A program made the translations under genes and the position numbers. A stretch of DNA of 64,000 nt from Mayamaea pseudoterrestris (taxonomy: Eukaryota), in contig BROI01000010.1 in assembly GCA_027923505.1 (NCBI GenBank), forward strand, positions 868,001 through 932,000, given 5' to 3'. This document shows positions 47,703 to 59,931 of this stretch, piece by piece. The notes beneath the pieces were generated by a model, which was not told the DNA's origin, ran no database searches, and worked only from the letters and a program-made list of their open reading frames with translations. How positions within the stretch are numbered: position 1 is the first letter of the stretch; every line of letters begins with the position of its first letter.

Positions 47703-49937
47703 TCAGTCTGTCGGTTCTTCGCGATAGGGAGTTCCGCCAACTGATCGCTGTGCAACCGATGGATGTGACCTCCAGTAGAAACCGGAAAGGCCACTGATCG
47801 TAGCTTCATTTGAGGACGCCAACTTGGACGCTCTCACATTGATTTTACTAGAGTGCCTTGACAAAACGTCCACGTACATAGTAGTGCCTTCTTCACTACC
47901 TATAGTATTCCAGTGTTGCGAGTGACGCCAAGGCTTCGATTGCGATGCGCCATTGGAATCGAACTTATCGATCAAATCCTTGATGCTTGAAAATGAAATG
48001 TTGGTGTGCTCTGATACGAGCGAGCTACCTACGTCAGACGCTGATGTTGCCTTGAGCTGTTTAATAGCGTGGTCGCCTCGCGATGTACGGGGCTCAAGCG
48101 CTTCTTGATAGTCATTCGCTGGGCAATGTATCGAGTCACGAGAGCAACTGTTCCATGACATTGAAGACAAGCTACTGCTTGTAGGCTGACGTGCCTCTGG
48201 ATGGTCGAATGGATATATTAACCTCTCCCGGCTGTTTGAAATCGTTTTCTTTTGATGTTGCGCCGTGACCGGCTTCGTATCTGACGTTTCAGGGTCGAGA
48301 TCTTTGGAACAATAAATGGATCTAACGTGGCTTACCGCACGAGCGGGAGGTAACGGTGTATGGTCTATAGTGGAAGAGATGTCGCTGCTCCATCGAACCT
48401 TATTCTGACGTCTGCTGATACAATCACCAATTGTCATTGAATGCCTGTGCAGGTCGGACATGTTGGTACTTTCACGTGGCCGCGGAGCACTCATGCTGTA
48501 ATTTTTCGATGACTTGCACGCAACTGGAGGTGGAATCGTCGAAGTGCGTGCATTCGATGATACCCTGGGTATTCGTGTGCCATTGTTCAGCGCTTGCGCC
48601 CGACCAAGGACTGATCTATTCAATAGTATAGCATTTGCTGGGTTCTGCCAGGTGCCGGGAGTTGATACCGATCGAACTCTTTTCACTTTATCCTCCTCAT
48701 CACACGTGTCAATGGATCGAAACAAATCCCGCTTGGAATAATGTGGTTGGGTCCGGGCTGGATCAATGCCCGGTGAGCTGCTCCGAAAATTATGCGATGG
48801 GCGGGTTTCACTAGCATGGAACAATAGTGGGAGCTGCAGCACGCGCTGATCATCGACCGTATCATCGGAATTGTGCCAGCGCATATGATGAAGAGTCTTT
48901 CGTCGTATGGCTGCTTCTTTGTCGTCATGATGCGTACATCGAAATGCTTTATATGCCGTTTCCAAACGGCGCTCAAGTTTTGGAGGTTCCACAAGCATGT
49001 AACGCATGGTCGGTGACGGTGATGCCGGCTCCACTGCATCTTGTTCAAGCAGTAAACTAACATCAGGACAGCAATTCAGATTGACTAATTCTCGCTGATC
49101 TCTCGAAAGAACCTGGTTGCTCTCGAGCTCGGCGATGGCCACATTGTGCAAATTTTGGACTACGCTGTTAACTCGACCCCAATCCTTCATCTCTATGGTC
49201 GTATCATTGTCCGTAGAGCTAGACTCTGATAAGATGGGCGGCGAAAGGTTGGAACTATGTGAAGCGTCGGAAAATGTAGCTTCTAGTTGTGGCAACACGA
49301 ACGGACGAATGCCTATGCGGTGCTCACCAACCGAGACGAGGTCATTGTCTTCGACATCGTCGTGCTCATCGCCACTATATTCACCTATACTGTCGCATGA
49401 GTCGGCATCCATCGTATTGACCTGTAATCCGCTAGAAGCGTTGGATGTTTCATCGTCAGTAAAAAAGGCGTCCGAAACGTCATCTTCCTTTTCATCGTCT
49501 TCGTTATTTTCATCCGCATCCTCCATCACGGCCGAAAGACAAGGCGCAACGCGAGTCGGCATCTTCTTTTTGTTGCTCCGCCTTGTCATGATTGGCAGTA
49601 ACTGCTCTTGAACGTCAAACTCTTGCTCCAAGCTGTCAAAGGCGACCAATGTGCTGCTCCAACTCTTCTCGTCAGTCTCTGCGACCATCTTGTTTGAGGC
49701 AGCTCCGCAGTTCAGCTTGGTTATGCGAAGCAGGAATTTCTGTCTACTTTTCGTTAATGCATCATCACTTGTTGTAATGCGCGCGGCGCGTCGGGGTCTC
49801 TGCTTCTCGAGGCTACGAGGCATCATCATCACCGTGGTTGAAACCGATGACGAAGGACTTTTCCCTTTCATTGTCACCTTCGACTTACGCTCAAGAAGCT
49901 GTTGCGGCACTAGCAACGACGGAAGCATAGATGACAA
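47703..49937 (-). CDS. Low-complexity Ser/Asp-rich hypothetical protein
   Basis: 744-codon ATG-initiated ORF with no recognisable domain. Confidence 0.6.
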   Translation of the reverse strand: MSSMLPSLLVPQQLLERKSKVTMKGKSPSSSVSTTVMMMPRSLEKQRPRRAARITTSDDALTKSRQKFLLRITKLNCGAASNKMVAETDEKSWSSTLVAFDSLEQEFDVQEQLLPIMTRRSNKKKMPTRVAPCLSAVMEDADENNEDDEKEDDVSDAFFTDDETSNASSGLQVNTMDADSCDSIGEYSGDEHDDVEDNDLVSVGEHRIGIRPFVLPQLEATFSDASHSSNLSPPILSESSSTDNDTTIEMKDWGRVNSVVQNLHNVAIAELESNQVLSRDQRELVNLNCCPDVSLLLEQDAVEPASPSPTMRYMLVEPPKLERRLETAYKAFRCTHHDDKEAAIRRKTLHHMRWHNSDDTVDDQRVLQLPLLFHASETRPSHNFRSSSPGIDPARTQPHYSKRDLFRSIDTCDEEDKVKRVRSVSTPGTWQNPANAILLNRSVLGRAQALNNGTRIPRVSSNARTSTIPPPVACKSSKNYSMSAPRPRESTNMSDLHRHSMTIGDCISRRQNKVRWSSDISSTIDHTPLPPARAVSHVRSIYCSKDLDPETSDTKPVTAQHQKKTISNSRERLIYPFDHPEARQPTSSSLSSMSWNSCSRDSIHCPANDYQEALEPRTSRGDHAIKQLKATSASDVGSSLVSEHTNISFSSIKDLIDKFDSNGASQSKPWRHSQHWNTIGSEEGTTMYVDVLSRHSSKINVRASKLASSNEATISGLSGFYWRSHPSVAQRSVGGTPYREEPTD

Positions 49938-50410
49938 TTATTTGGTTGTAGTTGGGTAATAGATGGTAGATCCAAGAGGTGTGACAGAGACTCCTTCCAA
50001 CCGCAATCCATTCCGATTTGTTCCGTGAGATCAAATAGTTGAGTCGTCCGTTGAATATCCGGCTGCCTCGGATTCGGCCGTTTCAAAAATCTCAACGTCA
50101 TCAATCGGTACTCAAACTATCGCCTATTCATGCACTCGTGAAAACTGTCTATGGCTATAACAGAAAGATGCAGCGCTTGTGAAAACGTTACATTAAAGTG
50201 TAGATAGAATAGCTGTTTCGTGAAAAACTGCTACTTTTCATTTTTCCTGTTCCGTTGATCGACAACTTCCGATGGAGCTCGCTAGAAACCGCCGTGCAGC
50301 TGTTGCGCACTGACTGCTCGCTGGCTCTCGCACTTGCATACACCTCAGTATCGGATCACGACTTACTCTCAAGCAACAAGTCAAGCACTGTTTCCTCCTA
50401 CAAAGAAAGC

Positions 50411-52250
50411 ATGCGATACGATTTGTCATTTTTCCTTTGCTGCTGCAAATCCTTTCTCGGTTCCTCCTCAAAAAAGGACGAGGAGAATTTTTACGCCCTG
50501 CTGCAGATTGATTCCGACGCCTCGCCCGATGAAATCAAGCGGGCGTATAAACAGCAATCTTTAATCATGCATCCTGACAAGCTTGCGCAAAAAGGTCTCC
50601 AGCCGACTCCAGAAGACCATCTGAAGTTTACGCGCATGAAGGAAGCGTACGAAGTCCTGTCGGATCCGCACAAGCGCGAAACATACGACGCCATTGGAGA
50701 GCGAGGAATGAAATGGCTGGACGAGCCGTTCAGCATCGATCCCCAGGAATTAGCGCATAACTTTGCAACAAGTAGTGTTTTGGATCGGAGCAAAATATTT
50801 TTGATTTTTGTGGGAATTGCAGTCACCGTCTTGCTGCAACCAATACTAATTTGTCTGCATGTTGATGGAGCCTTTGGAGAGGACGCAAATTGGATGGCAA
50901 CACTGACTCCACTTTGGATATGGAATGTTTTTATTCTAATATACCATTCGAGAGTCATTGGTATGGGACCCATTCCAAAACCCGATCATGTTCCAGCGGA
51001 TGATTGGATAGATCCGCTTCCCATGCAAAAGCGCATTCTCTCCTGCGCTCGCTTCATTTTGCTTTTTCTTTTCGAGCTCCTGGCAGCACTTAAACTTGAT
51101 CAGGTGGTTTTTCTACCATGGACCTTTATATTTGTGCCGCTATACGTTTGGGAGGTCTCATCGCTTTACAAAAAGTTGCCATTGGCTCGCATGAGAATCG
51201 TTACAGTGGAAGACTTGGAGGCGGCCCTTGGCAAGCCTTTCTCGCAATTCTCATTCGCCGAAAAGGAACTTATTGCGAACAGATACTCGGTTGTCCCGTC
51301 GACAGAATCAGCCGAGTTTCTTGCTGCGCAGAAACTGAAAACAAGGGCTCGGCATGACATAGTTCAGTCAATGTTTAGGATCGCCTTTTGTGCCTGTTTA
51401 TTGGTCCGACTCGATTTGCACACCGACTGGAGCTGGTGGATAGTATTTTTACCACTGTGGGTTATGATGTTTCTGATATGCTACACTAATTGGCAAGCCT
51501 TTGCCGAAGTTCAACGCAAGGCGCACGAAAAGGATCCAAACTTGTTCGTGCCTTCGACCGATAATGGGGCTTCGCCCGACGTTGAGGCAGGATACGGAGC
51601 TGTTGCGACGGATGGAACGGCAACTTCTGAACAGACGCAGCAGCAAGCCCCGAAACTGTCCGACCAGGAGAAGGAGGAGCTCAGAGCGCAAGTCGTGGCA
51701 AGCAGCTCCAAACTCTGCAGCAAGTGTTGCTCGCTTGGATTCATATTGATTGTCGTTGTATTGTTTGTTGCCAAGTTACAGGGCGCCCACTATTCAGCCG
51801 TGTGGATTATCAGTCCATTTCTGCTCGTTGTAAGTGTCCATGAGTTGTGTGGAGTAGGTGCGCATATGGTATCTAACCATCGTTCCTCCACGAATGTACT
51901 GTTGCTTTCGACTACAGATAGGCTTGATTCTATTTATTCTTGGATGCGCCATTTTTGGCATTTCTGAAGTGCCTACGGACGGTATAGATTTTGACTTTGA
52001 ACCGTTTGGCACCGACAATAGTCGACAACAACCGAATACTGTGTATGCGGCCACCGACTCGCCTACGATGAGTGATCCAGTCTATATTCCGCCTCCGCCA
52101 CCAACGAATGAAAAAATAAATAGATTAAGTCCCATGGACAAGTCAGAGCATATAGTGGCCATATCTGTCGAAGATAATGCTGCTGCGGCCGTTGTGGCTA
52201 GTTTTAAGCCGGCAGAAACCTCAGACAAGGAGATCAACGAGCTGGATTAG
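50411..52250 (+). CDS. DnaJ (J-domain) protein fused to a TMEM185-like multi-pass membrane domain; exons 50411-51829, 51918-52250
   Basis: NFYALLQI..EIKRAYK..MHPDK..EAYEVLSDPHKRETYD; repeated W..vf.PLW helices; intron 51830-51917 (GTAAGT..CTAAC..CAG). Confidence 0.85.
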
Positions 52251-52359
52251 ATGTGTCGCCGTCACTCAGATCGCTCTTTATATATTATCAAGTGTTTAGA
52301 TAATTAATAACTTTATTGTTATATATTGTTCATGGACAGGCAAAAATGAAATGGAGCAA

Positions 52360-55300
52360 CTACCACCTTCGAGGCAAACGAATGCCTTCCTTCTCGCATA
52401 CGCCCTTAAATATATCGTCCAGTTGGTCAATCATCAATCTGTGTAAAGAATATGGGTAAGTGTGCTGTCCAATTAAAGACATGCAATCATCCGCGACGTA
52501 AACGCACCGAGCAAGCGCAGCAAATTCTGAATCGTCTTCGTTGTATGCAATGCAGTTGTCAAATATGAGCAGCAGATCCACTCGAAGTTGGTCAGCACTA
52601 TGATACCACGGCAAACGATCTTCGCGAATGGTACGAAAATCCATAGGCTCTTTAATTGTTTTTAGATAATCCTTGGCAACTTCTGGAAAAGCCTCTGCCA
52701 CCGGAACAGCAAATATTCCTTCCATATCTTCCGCCTCCTGGAATGGAAAGATACATGAGACGTAGTTTGATCGCCCATTCGGAAATTTTGTTCTAAACGT
52801 ACCAATTTGTCTAGGATGGCAGAGCCGACCGCCGTTATCTTCTTCTTGTCAAGAAAGGCCCATGATTTGCCGCGCGTCATTGCGGGAGCTGGTGAAGGAA
52901 TGGCAAATTTTAGACGTTTCGTTGCTCGATTTGAATTGTCTAAATAAAAACAACAAAATTTGTTAGTGTTAGCATTGTTATAATATAAGAAACCCATATC
53001 ATTCGCGGAGTATACGGCTTACCTGGCTTGTGTCTTTTCGGTGGTTCTGCCTCGTGCGATCCATCAGAGTCGCTGCCGTCTTGGCCTTCCTCGTCAAATT
53101 CTGACGACGACGGATCAACATATGACTTTTGCGTCATGCGCCTTCGACCAACAGCGCAATTTGGAGATGTTACTGCTTCTGGCTGCAACTGGCGGGCCGC
53201 TGCGTCGTTTCGGTGCAAGCGCGTGTTTGCTGCTCTTCCTTTCGTCCGTGTTACTGAGATAATACTATCCGAGCACTTCTCTTCGACTTCATCTCCACTT
53301 TCGTTAGAAGTGCGAGATGCAAATTTCGATCTCGATCGGAGAGTTGTAACAATACTTTTACGCGTGCGATGGACTCGCGTTTTGGATATGCTTTCTTTCT
53401 CCGAGTTTTCGCTGTCACTTTCCTCGACAACTTCCTCCTCGTCGCTGTCGTCATTTGCGCTATCCACTGCTGCCTGAGTGTAAGAAGTAGAAGACCCTAA
53501 TCGACCGCGAGAGGACACGGGTGATTTGTGAAAGCGCGTGCCTCGCTGTCTGTGTGTACTACTTTGACGAGAGCTTCCACTGACAGAACCATTCTCGCCT
53601 TCACTTTCACTGGTGTCGGATGCTTCATCACTATCGCTATTGTCCTCGTCAAGTTCATCGCTACTATTCAGCCGATGTTGATTCCGAAAAGGCGCTGCTC
53701 TCGGAGATGGCAAATCTACATCGCCCTCCGTATGATTAAGGGAAGTACTGCCGTGGCTTCGAAGGGCAACTGCACTTCGACGGCTAGCTTCTAATTGTCG
53801 ACTAGCTCGTCCGAGAGAATCAGCACCATGAGCCGGCTGCCGTACTTGTCTTCGAGAAGACGGTCTGCCACTGACTCTTTCTAAAGTGGTCCTATTCGTC
53901 GCATCTCCGCCTGCTCCCCTTAGTCTGCCATTTCGCATTGTTGATTGACGGGTATCGTCAATATCATGTTGACTGAAATTGTCGACAGTGGCGCTGCGAG
54001 CAGACCCCGTCCGACCCAAGCCCAATCGACTGCGCCCACCACCATGGCCAATCTGCCACAAACTTCCGTGCGCGTGGTCGTTCGCAGCCGCAGTGTCGTC
54101 AAACCTTCCAACCTGACGAGTTGAGCGACGGAGTCCACTACTTTCGTAACCTTGTTCACGTGACTGCTGACGCCTAGCGGCTCGGCTGCTCCTCCTACTT
54201 AATTGGGTCGCAGATGGCGGCGGCAAGGCAAAATCTTCCAGTATAGAGCGGTTGCGAACAGCTATGCGAATAGAACTTTCATTTCTTGTAGCTTCCGCTG
54301 GTATCGGTCCGGCCAAAAGTGAAGCATTCGCTGCAGCGACGGCACGAAAATGCGCCAAACATTCACGTTGCTCCTCCGACAACACCGTCTCTTCAAACTG
54401 CTTGACCATGTCATCAGCCAAACGTGTCATTGGATCATGATCTCCATTATACTTGGCACAATTATCGCGAATTAAACGAATGTCCGATACGAGGCTCAGG
54501 ATGCTCCCGTAATAACCAGCGGCAAGTCTTAGAGAAACAAAGCTTAGATCCATTGGAATTTCAACTCTAGTAGAATAGTCCGAATACTGAGTTTCGTCCA
54601 CTGGGCCTCCAAAAATGTGTTCGACTTGGTACTCGATTCCACTAGCGTTTGAAGAAGCCAACGTCAAAAGTTTCGTCAGCGCATCATGCGCTGTGTGCGC
54701 TTCTTCGTCACTGAGGCGTGGTCGACCGAAATTCCTTGGATCCGCGCCCACAAGAGTTATTTCCCAAGCACTGACTTTGTCTGTGTCGGAGCTACTCGCC
54801 CACGTTACCTCCAATGCGTCGAAACCACTTTCATTCAAATCGTCATCGTCAATAAGGCGCTCTATATGCCCTCGCCATGGCACAAACTCCTCGTCTTCCA
54901 TTGCCGTATTCGCAGTACTATCAGATCTATACATGGCCTCGATTTGGGGATGAGGAACCTCGTCTAAATGAGCTAGTGCGCCATCAACCAGTGCAGTACG
55001 TGCCATGAAGAGCTCAATAGGTATCAAATAATCCGGTTCATCATTTTCGAACAAGCTCACCTGTGCAACATGAAAAACTAGAATGAGGCATTTTTAATCT
55101 CAAAACACAACCGGATCGCGATGATGCATACCTCGAAGGAATGGCGAATCGTCGAACTTGCGAAAGCAGGGCAAAATACGCCCTCCTGCGACAACACTGG
55201 CAATCCTGTCACCTCCAGCGTGAGAACAGCAACAATGCTCTTACACCGAGTATTACTGTTTATGCAATAAAATTATTGAGCACCTTAGACGAACAAGGGC

Positions 55301-58300
55301 GAAAAAAGCGACAAAAAGGATCTCAATAAACTCACCCTCGCTTGTAATACGACTTAAAAGGAAATCGGTATCGCACATGACGTATACAACACTGCAAAAC
55401 TGGCCATGCTGCTCCTTCCGGCCAATTCTGCCATGGCGCTGAAAGACTCGGAAATGCAACAATCGTTTCTTGGTGTGCTCGTGGTATATAGACAACTGTG
55501 TCACCAAGCTGTGGCGAGTAGATTTTTGTGCCAGTGTACGACGAATCTCCTTCTGGGCGACGCAGCCAGGTCCTTGATAATGTGCGGGCTTCTCGCTCGC
55601 TTCCCATCCGGAAAAAGTATGTCTCGTAATCGCCTGCGAATGGTCCCGAAGGGTGATTGTTTGTGCTCATGTACTCGAGTACACCAGCGCCAGAATCGTC
55701 GTCGTCGTCATCGAAAGCCCTGCGTCCTGACCGTCGAGGGGCATTAGAATCGTGACTATCGTCATCATCGTCATTATGCTCGTCATCGTCAGAATCTTGC
55801 AAAATCGATAACCTTCCGAGTCTACCTGACGAACGCCGCTCTGAGCCAATAACAAAATCTTCATCGTCACCATCGGCGTCGTCGTCGTCAATCCCATCGT
55901 CGGGTAGATCATTAAAAGCATCTCCCCAACGCCAATTGCTCGACAGTCGACCGCTATTTCGAGGCGAGGAAGCTTGCGACACGCTCACCCTCCCGCCGAT
56001 CCCTCCCGTCGATGCCGCAACGGCGGTTGCACCAGATCCATCGCTGTGCAGCATGATGGCCGATTTCAAGTCGTATTGGCTGATTATATTGCCTCGAGAC
56101 AGATACTGAACCTGATACGATGCGCTTCTTCGTGCTAGCATCTGCATGCGAGTGCATCTAGCAGCTCGTTCTTCGAGCGGCAACGGGCCGACCATAGTTC
56201 GAAAGCTATCATTGACATAGTCGGGCCAAGAAACATCTCCATGCGCTCGGCGGACTCCTTTCGGCGCCAGGTGGGGCGGCAATCCTGATCCTCCCTCTAC
56301 ACAATATCCATGAGCATCATACTTCAAATCGTAGTAGTCGTTGCTGAAATATTGCTCTTTCATCCATCCAGGAGTTGTCCATTCCTGGACTGCTGATCTG
56401 ACCAGAGCACAATCAAAAAGGGACACTCGCCCGCTGTCGTCGGTTACAACAAGAGACGTTCCATCGGGAGAAAATGCCCCGTCCAGAAAACCACCAGTTT
56501 TCCCACAATCTTGCGCTTCGGCTGGACCAAAGTCGATCTTATTACTAAAAGTGAAAAAACAAGTACCTGCATCAGCATCCCACAGCTTCAGCACGCCGTC
56601 AGAACCAGCAGAGCAGAATATTGTCGAATCGGTAGGATGCGGAACGACCACTGGACACTGCATTGAGTGAGCTCCGTGGATACCAAGAAGACAATCACCA
56701 GTTCTGCTGTCCCAAATAAATAAGTACTGGGAACCAGCTGCAATTTTCGAGATGCGTTGCTTTATCGGTTCACACTGCGAAGTTACTATCTTAGAATCGT
56801 CGCAAACCCAAACAGCGACGTCGCAGGAAATAACAGATGTTCGAACCGGTCTCCGGCGAGGTCCATCCAGCACAGCTGTGGCAGTCGTCGATACTGGATG
56901 GGTAAGCTTGATAACAATATGCGTAGAAGTAACTTTCGTAACCTGAGGCGACGCTGGATCGGCATTCCAGGACCATATGCGTACAATACCATCCTTTTGA
57001 CTAGCTGAAAGAAGGCGATCGCCTCTTGATGAATAATGTAAATCTGTGACCGCACTAAAATGTCCCTTTAAATCGAGCAAATGGCGAGAATTCGTTACAC
57101 CTTCGCGAGCAGTCTGTAGTCGCCGACGTGTGTATCCTTCTTCTTCGTACAGATCAATTCCAAGGTGCTTCATGTCTACCTGCCGAATTCGCTCATCGTC
57201 TTCGTCCTTCCAAATGCGACATATCCCATCATCTGATCCAGTGGCAAAATGCCCACCATGCGGGCAACGGGCGACACATATAACCTTGATAGGTGAACGG
57301 CGCGCTCTTGTTCCCGGTCCAGCAAGTTGTTCTTCCAAGCTTGCTCCGTGACGCAACTTGTCCAATAGCTGCACTCCTTCGTCAAGTGCATCATTGGCTA
57401 CAAATTGACCAAGTTCGGCGAAGTCATTTTGTTGCTCCAGCACGGCACGAATCGGAGAGTCGTTCTCTCTGGGTGAGGGTGGTAAATGCGGAAAAGAATT
57501 GGATACACCAGCACCATTGTTCACAGCAGCTGCATCAATTAACGGTTCATCCAATCGGACAGGTAATGGGGGCAGTGGCGGCTCTGAAAATGCTCCATCA
57601 GCCGCGTCAGATAAAGCTGCAGGAGATGCTTGCAACTCTGCAGTCGTCTCGGTTAAGTTCAATTGATACTCAGGCCGCTTGCCAATGAAACGTCGATATC
57701 GTCTTAAGCACGCCTCACGAACATCCCAGCATCTGGCGTGCCCATCTGCCGCCGCCGTCACCAACCGATACGGCGTTGTTGTCGACCATGATACCATGTT
57801 GCAACCATCCTTGTGACCCCGCAATATTGCCACTGGACAACCATCTGTCAACCCCCAGATGCGGCAATCACCATCCTCCGATGCTGTTGCCAGAAATGCG
57901 TTGTCGGATGAAACGTCAATATCATTGATTACTCCGGCATGCCCACGCAAAGTGCAAACGAGAACTGCGCCGCGATGGAGGCTTGCATGATTTATTGTGT
58001 TGCCTTTTGGCCTTATATTTGCCCCCAAGCAAAATAACTTTGCAAGGTAGTCATCGGCACCCGTGATAAAGTATTGGCCCGTCCGATCGAACCGAAGACA
58101 AAAAACCGGGAATGCCAAATGCGTATTAATTGTTACTGCGTGAGAAAAGCGCGACTTGATGATAGCCAATCGATTCTCGCGCGCGACAGGCTGAGGGTTT
58201 ACGATGCCTATAGAGCGATAACCTTTGCGTCCATTAGGCCGAATAAGACCAGCTTGGCGTGCTAAAATGTTCCGAACAAGTGGATTGCCTAATTTGCCTG

Positions 58301-59582
58301 GCTCCAACGCCTCGGTAGCTAAATCTCGAAAGCAAGCAATAGAATGTTGCAGCACTACAAACATTTCACGTGCAGCAGCTTCCAAATTCACCAGCGCCAA
58401 TGCGTCCAACCTAATCGCAGGTTCAAGTATACCAAGCTGTCGTTCCAATTGCTGAATGACTCTATTTGAATTTTCCTCCGACTCCTTGACTTCATCCAGC
58501 AGTTTGAGTTTCGTAACCATGTCCGACTCACTTCCATCCATACTCAAAATGTTTCCACGCCGCTGTGCCAATAAGTTAAGCGTGTTGCGATGCATGGCAA
58601 TAGACTTGCGCAATGTTCGCCTCAATGTTTGGTTGCGCTGCAAATTGTTGCGTGCATTCAAAAACTCTCGGAGACTGTTCGCCGCAGTGGTGGATTGCGC
58701 GACAATATCTGAAACAAGAGTTACGGAACTAGCATTCTGTGTAGCAACGACAAAACCAGTGCCTGCTGGATTGTATCCTGCAGTAACTTTTCGCTGTCGA
58801 TTGCTGGCGAATCGAACGACCATTGGTCGCTGCAAGGCGCTCGCAACAAATGGTCCGTCCTTATCCAAATTGTCATGCGTTTCATCCTGTGCAATCGCAT
58901 CCAATAGTGTTCTACCCGACTCTGGATAATGTTTTGAGTGCTGAAATTGCTCTTGCGCCGCATCTAGTAAATGAATTGGTTTGGGAAGTGCTTGCTGACC
59001 GGAAACACTTCCGATCGTGGCCCCCTGCACCAATGATTCCAACTGATTTGCCGGCAAAGCTTTTGACCACTGACGCTTGGCATCCGCAAAAGTAGCTTTC
59101 CGGAACTGATGTTGTTGAGGCTCATCATTATCATCAACCATGTATTCGTTTTCGGAAGCGAATGACGACAAGTTTGGCTGAAAAGACATAAAGAGGTGAC
59201 ATGGTTAGCAAAGTGATCCGCGCCAAGTCTCATCACCTAAATTCCTTATGCTTACTCTCAATGCTGTTCCAAAGGCTCCCAAGGACGAAAAAGCGGCTGC
59301 AAGTTCCGATGCAGCGTGACGGATTCGAAGCAATGCTTGCTCATCCATTTCCGCTCGATTCGAATCACTGTCCCTTATTGCTGCTGCAGATGTTCCAGTC
59401 CTCCCTTCAGCTTGTTCATTGCTAGTGTTACTTGCACTTAGAGTCGTTCCATATTGAGCCAGCCAATTTGTTACAAGAAATGGAAGCTCCTGATCAATGT
59501 TCACCTGCACGGCCGACGGAAGAGTACTCGATGCAGCATGGCACGCCGAATTAACCTCTGACGTCTCGCCGCCCTCATCCAT
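52360..59582 (-). CDS. WD40-repeat and double-bromodomain protein (BRWD/PHIP-like); exons 59582-59256, 59177-55336, 55255-55132, 55060-53023, 52939-52803, 52737-52508, 52438-52360
   Basis: N-terminal ELPFLVTNWL; WD40 repeats (FDRTGQYFITGADD, TLRGHAGVINDIDV, LKGHFSAVTDL); EQYFSNDY; YSPQLGDTVVYIPRAH; bromodomains (DYSTRVEIPMDL..NCAKYN; DYLKTIKEPMDF..NCIAYN). Six GT-AG introns keep the frame. Confidence 0.88.
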
Positions 59583-59931
59583 GATGAGTTTTTCCAAAGA
59601 TCCAAAGAAAGCTTGCAGCAATCACAATTTTCACAGTTGGTCGTATATGTTCGGTAACGATGATTCACAGTCAGCACGACCATAATGGCGGCGCAGCGAG
59701 TTCGAGGTTGGCTTCCTTCCATGTGTCGCACTGCGGATCAATGCGCGGACGTCCGTTTTAACTCTAATGACTCCCTGACACGCCATCGGGAGTTGAGTTA
59801 ATGCAGCTATCGGTACAGTATAAACCCAGCGACACTCTGGTCGAATGGACAATGACAGCAGACAGTAACTATGCTATATATACTACCAATAGGCACACTT
59901 TCGCAAAGCTTTGTCCTTGCAAAACATAACT

